A DNA stretch of 64,000 nucleotides from Sminthopsis crassicaudata (lineage: Eukaryota): assembly GCF_048593235.1 (NCBI RefSeq), contig NC_133617.1:62395767-62459766 (forward strand), in the 5' to 3' direction. This document shows positions 38,308 to 49,828 of this stretch, one piece after another. Position numbers and translations under genes: made by a program. Positions within the stretch are counted from its first letter, which is position 1; each line of letters begins with the position of its first letter. Below the pieces are notes generated by a model, which worked only from the letters and a program-made list of their open reading frames with translations, was not told the DNA's origin and made no database searches.

Positions 38308-38924
38308 ATCAAATTACTTGCTATCTCAGGAAGGGGAAGGGAAAAAAGAGAGGAAGAGAATTTGAAACTCAAAATTTTTAAAGAGAATATTAAAATTATT
38401 TTTTCAGGTAATTGGGGAAAATAAGATATTATTTAAAATAAGAAGATACCAATAAAATAATTTAAAAACACTATCTGGTGGACAATGTTATACACTAGAA
38501 ACATACTATTCTTCATAAGTTAATAGATTAGTTTCCATAATATATAGATGCTAAACTATCCTTGAGAATTCAACAAGTAATCTGTATTGGAAATTGAGTA
38601 TTATTACCCATTGCAATCATAATCATCTGGCTATAACAGTAGTTCATAAAAATTTAATCAGCCCTTAAAATAGTATATTAAGTATGCATAATCTCCATTT
38701 TACATGGAATGAAAAGCTTTTGAAATGTAGAGATCTAGCTGAAGAAAATCATTTGGAATCAGGATGAGGTGCTATCATTCTAGCCATCCTGTTTGCTATG
38801 GAATTTATCCAAAAAGTGCTTTCAGTGAACGCACAGAATATAAACATATATTCCAAAACTTTTATTCATTTAAAAAAATAATTATTTTATATACTTGTGC
38901 AGTAGTCTGTTTGTTCCTCTTGAG

Positions 38925-39725
38925 AATGAAGGACATTCTCATTCATGAAGAGGAGTAAATTGGATTTAAGGGAGGGAGGGCTATGCAAAATCAGCAGCCT
39001 CCCTTTCTCTTCTGGAGCCATCTGGAATGACAAGATATAGAGCAGGATGAGCGAAGATAGCCCTGGATGCAGTGAGGGACCTTGGCTTTTTTAAGTTACA
39101 GTCTTTCTGAGGTCTCAGTTTGACTGAACATTCAATGATTAAAATTAGGCAAAAAATGAGACAAAGAATGGTCTCTTCCCTAGTAAAAAATTAGTCTGGG
39201 AGGGAAGATCTTCAGGCTTTCTGACCAAAAGAGAAACAATCAAGGCTCAAACAATGGCTCAAGTGAGGCTTGGGGATGGACTTATTGTAGGTCAATCAAT
39301 GACAGCCAGAGTGATTTGGTTTAAGGCATGGTCCTCAAGAAAGAAATCTAGCCCCTAAACCCCAATATATTTTCAATATGTGGTTTCAGCCATTAAAATT
39401 TATATTCTTTTGAGCAGAGCACCTGAAAGTAAGGGTATAGGGTGGGAAGAGAAGGAGAGAGGGAAGAAAGAAAGAAGGAAGGAAGGAGGAAACTGTGTTG
39501 TCCAACTGGAACTAGCCAATTGGGTCCCCAGGTTCTACTACTTAGTGGTTATTGTTTATCCTTAGTTCTTGAAGAAAACCATGAAATCAGGAAGGTGATG
39601 CTATGACTTGTAAGTGAATTGGATTTAAGGGAGGGAGAGCTGTGCAAAATCACAAGTCTTACTCTCTCCTCTGAAGCCATCTAAATCCAATGGGAAGATA
39701 TAGATTGGGATGATTGGAAATGGCC
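38925..39725 (+). mobile_element. Two WALLSI-type RTE-related SINE copies (about 38925-39370 and 39555-39725)
   Basis: gaattggatttaagggagggag..gcaaaatca..ctcctctg.agccatct signature; related pieces near 16890-17110 and 18715-18860. Confidence 0.6.
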
Positions 39726-40161
39726 CCTACAGAATATTATATATAAAAGATTACTAGCAAGAAAGTGACTTATCGCAGGATGATTTCTCACTAAAATCCA
39801 TTTTTTAAAGATGAGAATTAAATAATAAATAATAAAAAGGATTTAAGATTTGGAAATTGCTTTACATATATCATTTGAACTCATTTGAGATATTGATTTG
39901 AAAGTCATCTACAAGTATATGAAACAATAGGAATGAATGAAGATACCAAGGAAGAAAGTGTAGAGAGGAGAGAGTTAAGGGACACCCATACCACAGAGAT
40001 GCCATTCTGTCTTAGAAAGCATTTTGTTAAGCTTTAAAAAGTCAGTTTTATAACACATGGAGTTCTATTCTCCCCTTAATGAATACCTAAAAATCCTAAA
40101 TATAAAGATTAGTTGCCCTCCATTTTCTTTTTCCTGCAATAATCATCACTATTGACCATGC

Positions 40162-41240
40162 TGTTGTTGGGAACTCTGGATCAGATTGTGGGCTGAACTA
40201 GTTTATTCTCAGGAATTTCTAAAAACAGCCCATCCAGTTCCTATTGTCAACCATGATAGGAACTTAAGTTTTTTTCACTGCCTTGATTAGCATATTTGAG
40301 ACAGCCTTTATGGGAATTCAGTTTTCCCAGAGTTTTCCAGTTTGTCCCTTAAAATAATCTCAACATCTCTATATACTTCCTTGTTATTCCCTAGATCCTG
40401 CCTTAATTTCCTCCTCCTTCCTCAGTATTATCAAACTCCTTGCTAGTTCCTTCCCTTACTTCTCAGATCCTGCCCTCCCACTCCTTGGTTTCTCCTGAGC
40501 TATAAAAGTCATATCCCTTCAAAAGCAAATTGCTCAGTCACTTATTACTCTATCTTGCTTAGTTGTGATTGATTTTGTCAGAAATGAAAACTTCAGACTC
40601 AAATTCTTGGAGTGGATCGAGAGGCTTTATTATGTTTCTTGCAAGAAGTGGGCACCATAGCCCTTTGTGGGGGTACAAACACAAATTACAGAGGCCAGAA
40701 CAAGCAATTATTATATTCCATAATCTCATCCTACCTCTTCAGAATTTCCATTGGAGATCCTTCCAAAATCTAATATTTCATGACACTCCCAGTACATACA
40801 TTCTTTGATCCATTTCCCCCCCTCCTCTTGCCACATCATCACATTTTCAAAAATGGTATCTGTCTCCTCCTTAAGGGAGGAGAAGTTAATATACATGAGA
40901 CTTATTAAGCATGCTCAATTAAAAATTTATCTTGCCTGGAGCATAAACCTAGATTATTTGCACTCAAGCAGCACCTGCAGTTACTTCTGTTGACTTAAGA
41001 CATTCTTTAGTTACCTTCAATCAGGATGTACTGACCTTAAAACTTATATATCACATTCTTTTCTACCAGGGCATGAGACTCTGAAACTTTTCAACTGTGG
41101 AAACAAAACTTTACAATTTTACTTCTCATAGTTTGTCCCCCATGTGCTATCCACATAAATAAAATAGTAAATTTTTATCGGTGATAGATGGCTTGTTGTG
41201 GTTGCTCCATATAATGAACCAAATCTCTATTATACTATTT
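40162..41240 (+). mobile_element. Host LTR (ends approximate) interrupted by a second LTR
   Basis: TATAAAA 40501-40507 and AATAAA 41158-41163 lie about 110 bp apart once the insert is removed. Confidence 0.55.
40576..41115 (-). mobile_element. Solo LTR (540 bp) with 4-bp TSD ATTT (ERV1-like)
   Basis: TG...CA ends; ATTT at 40572-40575 and 41116-41119; AATAAA on the - strand at 40626-40631. Confidence 0.65.
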
Positions 41241-41461
41241 TATAATATTCTTTTATAATTATGCCCTTCCAAAACAATTTCATATTTCTACATCATATTA
41301 TTACATCTGATACCTTTATTACCACTTCACCCTCCTCCCCAAAACTCTTTCCTTCTGTGGTTTCTGAAGTACTTCCTCTTGATCCTTCTACCTGCATGAT
41401 TGTTGTTGCTTCTCACATTCACTATCTGAATCAATCAGTTCTTATTAAATGTCTATTTGCC

Positions 41462-41692
41462 TAGGAGGCAGCTAGATGGATCAGTGGATAAAATACTGGG
41501 CCTGAAATTAGGAAGACCTGAGTTCAAATCCCGCCTTAGTCACTTATTAGCTATATGATCTTGGGCAAGACACTTAACCTGTGTCTGCCTTAATTTACTA
41601 GAGAAGAACAAGGCAAACCACTTAAGTATCTTTGCCAAGAAATCCCAAATGGGGTCACAAAGAGTCAGATAGGATTGAACAACAATAATAAA
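41462..41692 (+). mobile_element. MAR1-type SINE
   Basis: ggcagctagatgg..gagttcaaatcc..caagaaatcccaaatggggtcacaaagagtcaga. Confidence 0.75.
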
Positions 41693-43166
41693 ATGACTTC
41701 CTTGTGTCATTCAGAAAAAGCTGCATGGTACTGTGCAAAGAAGACTAAGATGCTGCTAGTATTACCTATGTGACCTTTCAGGGTCTCAGTTTTGTGATAT
41801 GTAAAATAAGAGAGCTGGACTAGATGATGGCTAAAATCCCTTCCGATTCTGCATCTCTGATCTTATAACCTGGTAAGAGGAATAAGAATGATGAATAAAT
41901 GATGAGGAATAAGATACAAAGTATTTATTCAATACTTACTATGGGTCAAGTCAATTTGCTAAACCCTAGGGATAGCAGGGGAAAACAGACAGGGGTGAAA
42001 ATGTCCAATGGGGTCCCGGGGAAGGGCATTTTGGAATGTTACCCAGGGTAAAGGAGGTCAGAAGAGAATAGAATGACTCTCCCCTTCCAGGAACAGTGGT
42101 TGAGTTGGTTTCATCCCAACTGTCATCACATCATCATGATGATGTTTTAAGATTTGTAAAGAGCTTTACAAATATCTCATTTTATCCTCCCAAAGAGCCT
42201 TGGAGATAGGTTCTATTGTTATCTCCATTTTGCAGATGAGACAACTAAGGCAGACAAAGGTTAAATGATTTGTCCAAAGCTATATAACTAGTCCATATTT
42301 GAACTCAGGTCTTCCCAGCTCCAGACCCAACACTCTGTCCTCTGCTCCATCTCATTGCCCCTTCATGGTGGCCTGTTGTTTATACCTGTCCTAGGAAATA
42401 CAAAGTGTATAATCCAGTATCCCATGCAAGGATGTTGCTTGTTGCCTTTGCAGATGGATGAAACCGTCTTTATTCTGTTTTCTAAGGAGAAGATGTGAAC
42501 TATCTTTCATTGGAAGTCTTTGATTTCTGATTTCCTTTCCAGGGGATGTAATAAGATCATGGGGGTTAAGCTATCTGGGGCTTTAGAGAGCATCTAGTAC
42601 AAGCCCATCTTAAAGCAAAAGAAACTGAGACCCAGAGATGTAAGTGCCTGTATACATGGCATAATCTGGATATGAACTCAGGCCTTATTACCTTATTACT
42701 CTATTTCCTGGGCTCTTTCTACCACATCTTAATTCCTCTTGAACAAACTCTACAATGTTCTTCTTTTTTTTTTTTAATCAGTTGGGTTTGACTTGATAAT
42801 TTATTGGTCCTTAAAGGTTAGAGCAAGAAGAAACTTTAGCATGTGGAATGTTAGGGATGTCACTAAGTGGCAAAACTGTCAAGGATCTTAGAACTTGGAT
42901 GTCAGGGCTGGAAGGGATCTGAGAATGTCAATCTAGATCTGAGTTTTTAATTAGATTATTATATATATAATTTTATCTTATTAGAATGTCGAATGTTAGG
43001 ACTTTAAGACACCAGATTAGTGTGGATGGAATGCTAGTCTTGGAGACAGGAAGATGTGTCACTCTCTTGGAGCCTCAGTTTTCTCATCTGTAAAATGAAG
43101 GGAGTAGACTAGCAGAGCAGAGAAGGGCAGGGGTGGGGATCAGTTTAGCCTTATTGTCCCACTCTC

Positions 43167-43682
43167 TGTGGAAGTCAGATCTTGCTATGGCAGATTAGAA
43201 ATCCGAGTTGTGTCAAACCCCTGGGGTTAAATTTCCCCTATAAATCTGATTTGCTGACCCCTTTTGGGTCATGGCCTCTACTACTCTTCTTCATGTCTTT
43301 CTCCCCTCTCTCCTCTATGCCACACAGTCAGTCACTCCTCCCCACCATGCCTCTATTGGTACTATAACTACCTCTTTTAGGTAAACTCCTGCCAGTTAAG
43401 GGCATAGTCCATCCTACTGGGATATTCCCTTTCTCCCAATTACTTGTGAGTTCCACTAGGGAACTTGTCTTTTCCATCATTAATTGTTAAAAATCCCTTT
43501 CCTTGGTAACTATATGCTCTCCCAATTCTATTTCATATTTACCATTCCTAGTGTCTATTGTATCACTTAATTTTTGTCTGTAACCTCTTCTCCCAAATAA
43601 ACCTTTTGCCTAAGAGAATGGCTATTGTGAATTCTTCACATGACCAAATCCCAACATTTGGCACTGAACCCTAAACACATCA
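43167..43682 (+). mobile_element. LTR (right end approximate)
   Basis: TGTGG start, TATAAA about 43219, AATAAA about 43596; homologous to 19700-20160. Confidence 0.65.
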
Positions 43683-43779
43683 TTTGGAGCTAGAAATTGC
43701 TCTTCTAATCCACATCATAATGTCAGAGCTGAAAGGCATCTTAAACCAAGAAGATCAAAATGAAATAGAAATGAAAGAT

Positions 43780-43950
43780 CATAAATAAGTATCTTTGTGG
43801 ACTCCATATTGAGTTGGTTTTAAAATGTAATATCTACATTTTACTGTATTTTTATTCATTTTGTTAAATATTCCCCAATTACATTTTAAACTGGTTCTGG
43901 CTGCATTTGGGAGTATTGAGGGCCCTCGTTTGACAGTATTTGACACCTCT
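43780..43950 (+). mobile_element. Old hAT-type MITE; second copy at about 53065-53270
   Basis: Shared block ttttgttaaatatt.cc.aattac.ttttaa.ctggtt..gggagt.tt. Confidence 0.55.
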
Positions 43951-44199
43951 GTTTTGGAACATAAAATGTTAAAGGTTTAGTGGTTCCTGCCCCTCATTAA
44001 CTATCTCCAGGGTGGTGGGGATACAGAAAAATCAGTCATTCAATTGGCTATCATCAATCACCTCCGGGGCACCAGATATTGTGTTTGTTTGTGTAGAAGC
44101 AAAAAAGACAAAAGTTCTTGCCCTCAAGGAGTTTCCATTCTATGAGGAAATAAGATTTACAAATATAAAAACCACAAAGTTAATGTCAGGTAAGTTGAA

Positions 44200-45000
44200 G
44201 GAGGAAGGACATCTTGGGAGAGGGAGGCGATCGAGAAGGAAGAGGCTTCAGTTGAGGGAATGGTGGGAATCATTCATCCCTCAGTCCCCCGGGGATCTGA
44301 CCCTCCCCAGCTAGCAGCGGTCTGACCTTTCCCTTAGCCCTCGAATCCCCATAGCCTAACAGTCCCCTCCATCTCCGCCCCGATTCCTTTCTTCCCCAGG
44401 AAAGGAGGTTTCCGTCTCACAGCGTATTAATCAGGGGCTGGCGCCGAAGTCCCCGGCCAGAGACGCTTCCCCTCCCCACCCTGGCGAGCTCTGAGCTCCC
44501 TCCTTCCTGCCAGCTGCCCCTGGGTGCTGGGGGTTAGGGGAGGCGGGGAGCCCAGTGTGGCGCAAGGGCCGGAAAGGAAGGGAGCTGGACTGAGAGCTGT
44601 CCTGTAGAGGACTGCGAATCTTCCATTCCTCTGATACCCGCTCCCCGCCCTTGGAGTTTCTAGAGCTGGCTGGACAAAACCGGGGGTCTCTGGGTTTTCC
44701 TGCGCTTGGAGAAGAGGCGAACTTTGGCTGAGCCGGCGCTTGGAGATCGGGTCCTGTAGCTGCCGAGCCCATGTGCATCGTGGTCTGTCCTCGCCACCTG
44801 GTGGCTGGAACATGGGCCTATCCCTGGCTTTCTTTGGGTTGAACTGAAGACTACTCCGTCTGAGGACAGGATTCCTCCAACCTGGGAGAGCTTGGGGTAG
44901 GGCTGCGCTGTAGGGACCCGATCTCCGTGGATTCCTAGAAATTCATTTGAGAGGCACCTGAGCGCGGGAGGAGGGTAGGGCATGCGGGAGCCGGGCAGAG
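44200..45000. promoter_or_regulatory. Orphan CpG-rich island with a CTCF-like motif (CCACCAGGTGGCG on the - strand, about 44792-44804)
   Basis: Local CpG retention inside repeat-rich, CpG-poor DNA; no recognisable exon. Confidence 0.55.
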
Positions 45001-46498
45001 ATTCTAATGCTTTACAGGGTCCCCCAGAGCACATCTTCACAAAGGAGGACCTTTGAGAGAAAATTCCAGATCAAGTGGAAGTTCCCTGTCCTTTATACAG
45101 TGTGTGAAATGGAAGGGATCTTTCTGAAAGTTTTTGTCTGGACCTGATGGGCCCTCAATGTGCCAGGTCTGGAATTCAGGTCAGGACTTGCTGAATTCAA
45201 ATCTGGCCCCAGACACTTACTGTGTCACCCTGGGCAAATCACTTCACCCTGTTTGCCTCAGTTTCCTCATCTGTAAGATGAGTTGAAGAAGCATAGTTCA
45301 ACTTTTTGCCTGAAGAATTGTAATAAATAAATAGCCTTCTAATTGGTTTCCTGAAGTCTCCTTGATCCAATCCATCCTTCACACAGCTACCAGAGTGATT
45401 TTCCTAAAGCATAAGTCTGATCATTTCATGTGCCCTTATATAACAAACTTCAGTGATTCCACATTACCTCCAGGATGAAGTATAAAATCTTCAATTTGGC
45501 ATTTAAAGCTCTTTATAACCCAATCCCTTCCTACCTCTTTTCTTATACTTTATTTTCCTCTCTGATCCAGCAACTCTGGCCTATTTGCATTTCCTCAAAC
45601 ATGACAGTTTATCTCCTGTCTCTGCCTTTTTGTGACTTTTCTGCTATTATGGGATGCTTTCCTTCCCCATCACTGCCTGTTTTCCTTAAGGCTGATTTCA
45701 AATCCCATATTCTGCAAAATGCCTTTCCCAATGCCAAATGCTTCCTCTTCTGAGATTACCATTCCAATTGCTTTATACATATTTTGCATGTACCCAGTTA
45801 ACAACATATATGCATGTATCCCTACCAGAGGGGTATTTTAATTTGAATTTCTGAGGGGACCACAGAGTGAAATGTTTCTAGAGGATCAGCTTTGTGTCTT
45901 CCTTGAAGGCGAGAACTGTTTTTTATTTTTTATGTCCCCAGTGCTTTGTAGAGTGCTTGGAACTTAGTAGATATTTAATAAATGCTTGTTGACTGATGGG
46001 AAATTTGGAGAGAGCAATTTCTTTCAGCTGAGCGATCAGATTGGAAACCAGATTGCAAAAGGTTGAGAAGTGAATATGAGCAGGGGATATGGAGACAAGT
46101 GTAGATAGTTTTTCCAAAGGTTTTGGCTGAGAAAGAAAGGAGAGACGGAGGGAGATGGAAGGGTTTTTTAAGGATGGGCATGTTTGTGGACAGCAGGGAA
46201 AGATCCAGTAGATAGGGAAGAATTGAAAATTTAAGAGAGAGAGGAATGATTATATGTGGGTGTATGGAGGGGCAATCTCCTGGAGAGAACTGAATTAGAT
46301 GCCATGGAGGGCACACAAAGTGGGGTTTGCCTTGGTGAGGAGGAGAGTTACCTCTCAGAGATGGAATAAAGGAGCAGAGAATAAGGTGAGGCTGAAAGAT
46401 GAAGGATCTCATCGTGACTGGCTTCTACTTTTTTATTGAAGCTTTTTATTTATAAATCATATGCATGGGTAATTAAAATTTTTCTTTTCTTTTCCTTC

Positions 46499-46499
46499 T

Positions 46500-46537
<38 letters not shown>

Positions 46538-46669
46538 GAGGCAATTGGGGTTAAGCAACTTGCCCAGGGTCACACAGCTAGGAAGTGCTAAGTGTCTGAG
46601 GCCACATTTGAACTCGGGTCCTCCTGAATCAAGGGCTGGTGCTCTATCCACTGCGCCCCCTAGCTGCAC
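46499..46669 (-). mobile_element. WSINE1 with (AAC)n tail, inserted in an L1 3' fragment
   Basis: Nearly full WSINE1 body; (TTG)13 on the + strand. Confidence 0.88.
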
Positions 46670-49005
46670 TTCTATTTTTTCTTTTTTTTTTTTAATTCTT
46701 TTTATTATCAATTCTACATTTTCTCCCTCTCTTCACCCTTTCCTCTACACATTGAGAAGGCAAGAAATATGACACCCATTATACATATGCAGTCATTTAA
46801 AAATCTCCATATTAGCCATAAATTGAAAGGGAAAAAAAAGCAAGAAAAATTAAGGGAAGATGCCTCAAGATTGAAACATATTATTTTCACTTTTTTCCTT
46901 TCTCATGGTTTTTCCCTTTTGATTTGATTCTTTGTTCACAACATTACTAATGTTTAATATGATTGTGCATGTATGACCTATATCAGATTGTTTGTCATTT
47001 TGAGGCAGGAGGGAGAAAAAAAATTTGGAACTCAAATTCTTACAAAAATGAATGTTGAAAACTATCTTAGCATGTCATTGGAAAAAATAAAATAAAAAAA
47101 AAAATGTTTCCGGCCGCAACATGTGGTAGATAACATTTTAAATCAGGAGTTGTGGTGGCTCATTTTAATGATGAGTTGCAAATTCTTTCACAATTGATCT
47201 TTACCCTTGCTGAGATAGTTTTGTTGGTTCTACTCAATTGTGCATCATTTCATGTAGGTCTTCCCCATTTTTTCTGAAACCATTCACTTCATTTCTTACA
47301 ACACAATAGTATTCCATCACATTCATGTATCATGTCTTGTTTAGTGATTCCTCAAATCTGAGGGGATTCTCATTGAATTATTTTACCTCTCTTTCTTGAT
47401 CATGAACTCTTTCTCTATCCAAAAATTTGACAGTTTCTTCCGTGCTCTCCTAATTTGCTCATGACGTCATCCCTCATGTTTATGCCTAGTTTTGCTGGGC
47501 TGTTTTCCCAGGAATTTTGGTCAAATAGCGAGTCGTTATTTTCTCAGTAACCTGTGACGAGAGGTGCTGGGCTGGGAGCAGGACTGGGAGTAGGGGAGGC
47601 TTGAGGAGGTTCAGAAGGGCTGCTATGGGGCTGGCTAGAAAGTCAGTTATGGAGGTACAAGGCTCATGTCTATTTCCATTGGTCTGCTTCTTTCAGGTCT
47701 CTTTTAAGCTGCGCCCCGGTTCTTTCTAAGAACGTGTGGCCGGACTAGGCGGTGCCACGGAGGGACTCAGAGACACCTAAATCCGAGTCCAGCCTCGGGC
47801 TCACCAGCTCTGGGAGCACTCTCGTCACCCCGCAGCCTCAGTGTTCTCATACGTAAAACGGGGAGAATACGGGCACGGACCTCGGAACTGTTTCCCTGTC
47901 ATTTTGGCTAAGCTGAGTGGTGTGAAGAGGGGCCTTTCTCTTGGGCGGGCCGGGATAGGGGTCAGCGCGCATTGATTCAGCCCCTTCTGGTCAGGTTCCG
48001 CGCGAGGGCCCTGCCCGCCAGGGCCCGTTCTACCCGAGAAGCAGCTGGGAAACAGTGCGTCAGGGCGAGATGCGGTAGGACGAGCTGGGCGGTCTCGGGG
48101 GACGCGCTGAGACTAAGGAGGCCTGGGAAAGACTTCACTTTCTCGGTAGAAGGTGCGGTTTTAGCTGAGACGAGGGATGCAGGAAAAAGAGAAGGGCAGG
48201 GACGCCAGGGCTCGAGGGGAGGGGGTGTGCGGGAGCACCCCACAGGGAAGAGGAGGGGCGGGGCAGGCTGGGAAGGCGCTTGGCTCGGGGAGCCACTGGG
48301 GCGGGGGTGGAGAGTGCTCCTGCCCAATCCTGGGCTCTCAGTAGTGTCCCCGGAGGTGTTAGGCAAAGGGCCCAGAAGCGAGGTCAGGGAGGAGCGTTCC
48401 CGACCGCGGCTCGGGCAGGCCGGGCCTTTTAAAGTCTGAGGAGGGGCAGGCCCGCTCTGCTCCGCCCAGGCCCCAGGATGCACCGGGAAGCACTTCCCGC
48501 CCCGCCGCTCCGGTCCCCGCCCCGCCCCGCGCCTGCGCCCTGCGCGCCGTTGGCCTCCGCGTCGGCCTGGACTAGATCTCCACGTGCAGCATCCGAGAGG
48601 GAGGGGGCGCCGGCGCTCCCCACGTGATCGCGCCCGGCGCTCCCGCCTCAGTCCTTTTAAAATTGTGGACTCTCTTCCGGCCCCCTGGGCCCGGGCGCGC
48701 CGAGAGAAGCGGGAGGTCCCCGGAGCGGGGAAGCGCGGGGGGTGACGAGAGCCACGGAGGAGGAGGCGGGGTCTCTGGGCTGGCCATTCGCCGTGTCTGG
48801 GCTCAGCTTCCCCGTCTGTCCGAGGCTGGCGGTTGGAGCCGTCTCCCTCCGAGGGCCCGGGTGGGAAGGGGACATTTACTAAGCACCTTGCAGACACGCT
48901 CTCCTTGGATCGCGACTCCCCCACTGCCCCATTTTACAGATGAGGAAGCTGAGGCCGACCGCGTGACTTGGCCCACGTGGCCTGACTCTGCCCCGCCGGC
49001 GGGCC

Positions 49006-49049
49006 ATGGCCGCCTCGGTGCCTTTGGTCTGCAGCCAGACCGTGAGCAG
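49006..49049 (+). CDS. NR2C2AP: NR2C2AP (TRA16) coding exon 1, MAASVPLVCSQTVS-R
   Basis: GCCATGG Kozak context; donor AG|GTGAGG; similar to human MTHSLVCPETVSR. Confidence 0.9.
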
Positions 49050-49138
49050 GTGAGGGCGGGTCCCGGGCCGGGATCGCGGGGCCGCGGCTGCCCCCCCACC
49101 CCGCGCCGCTGCCACCCCCCCCCTCGGTGTCTCCGCAG

Positions 49139-49229
49139 GGTGAGCTCCGTGCTGCAGCGGGACTCGAAGCAGTTTGGAAAGAAGCATCTGTTTGACGGGC
49201 AGGATGAGACGTGTTGGAATTCTGACCAG
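49139..49229 (+). CDS. NR2C2AP: NR2C2AP coding exon 2, VSSVLQRDSKQFGKKHLFDGQDETCWNSDQ
   Basis: CAG acceptor, GTGACG donor, 91 nt; matches human VSSVLNRNTRQFGKKHLFDQDEETCWNSDQ. Confidence 0.95.
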
Positions 49230-49544
49230 GTGACGGGGGAGGGGGGGCGGCCCCGCGGTGGGACCGGAAGAGCCCCGGGAGAGCCCACTGCAGGTTTCAG
49301 GGGCCAGCCCGCCTCCCTCCCTCCCCGTGGGAGGCTGAGGCCGCCTCTGCGTGCCGCGTACACCGGCCCCGGGGCACTCCCACAGGGCCTTGCAGGTCCA
49401 CCGAGGGGCGCTGCGCACCTCTCAGGAACCCGGGGGGCGGCTGGCTTTCACTGCAGCCGGAGGCCAGTCCGAGCCCCTGCCCGCCGGGTGGGCGCTGGCA
49501 TTTTCCGGGGACTGACCCCGTTTTCTTTGGCTGTCTGACCTCAG

Positions 49545-49650
49545 GGCACCTCCCAGTGGGTGATGCTGGAATTCCCCCAGTCCGTCCGCGTGTCTCAGGT
49601 GCAGATCCAGTTCCAGGGGGGGTTTGCGAGCCGCCAAGGCCGCTTGGAAG
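49545..49650 (+). CDS. NR2C2AP: NR2C2AP coding exon 3, GTSQWVMLEFPQSVRVSQVQIQFQGGFASRQGRLE-G
   Basis: CAG acceptor, GTGAGG donor, 106 nt; IQFQGGF motif. Confidence 0.95.
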
Positions 49651-49760
49651 GTGAGGAGGGGTCAAGGGGAGGAGGGGGTGGTCTGGCCCGGCCCCTCCTG
49701 TAGGGCTCCAGCGCAGACTCTGTGCTGCTGAGCCCTTCTCTTTCCCTTCTTTAAAAACAG

Positions 49761-49828
49761 GTGGCAGGAAGAGCGAGTCCCTGGAGAAGATTGGGGATTT
49801 CTACCCCCAGGACAACAACTCCCTGCAG
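49761..49828 (+). CDS. NR2C2AP: NR2C2AP coding exon 4, GRKSESLEKIGDFYPQDNNSLQ
   Basis: AACAG acceptor, 68 nt; DFYPxDNNSLQ motif; followed by U12 donor ATATCCTCT. Confidence 0.93.

Larger units (their letters stand above)
47700..49500 (+). promoter_or_regulatory. NR2C2AP: NR2C2AP CpG-island promoter: GC boxes about 48495-48530, NRF1-like GCGCCTGCGC, E-boxes CACGTG at 48581 and 48621
   Basis: CpG density and motifs read directly; TSS not locatable. Confidence 0.75.

Noticed and set aside
19700-43682. The two related LTRs as 5' and 3' ends of one provirus
   Set aside because: 23 kb apart, no PBS, PPT or gag/pol/env remnants recognised between them
47977-48924. 315-aa - strand ORF, and the 304-aa + strand ORF 48624-49538
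   Set aside because: GC-rich CpG-island frames, Arg/Pro/Gly-biased with no recognisable domain; only 49139-49229 of the + ORF is real (NR2C2AP exon 2)
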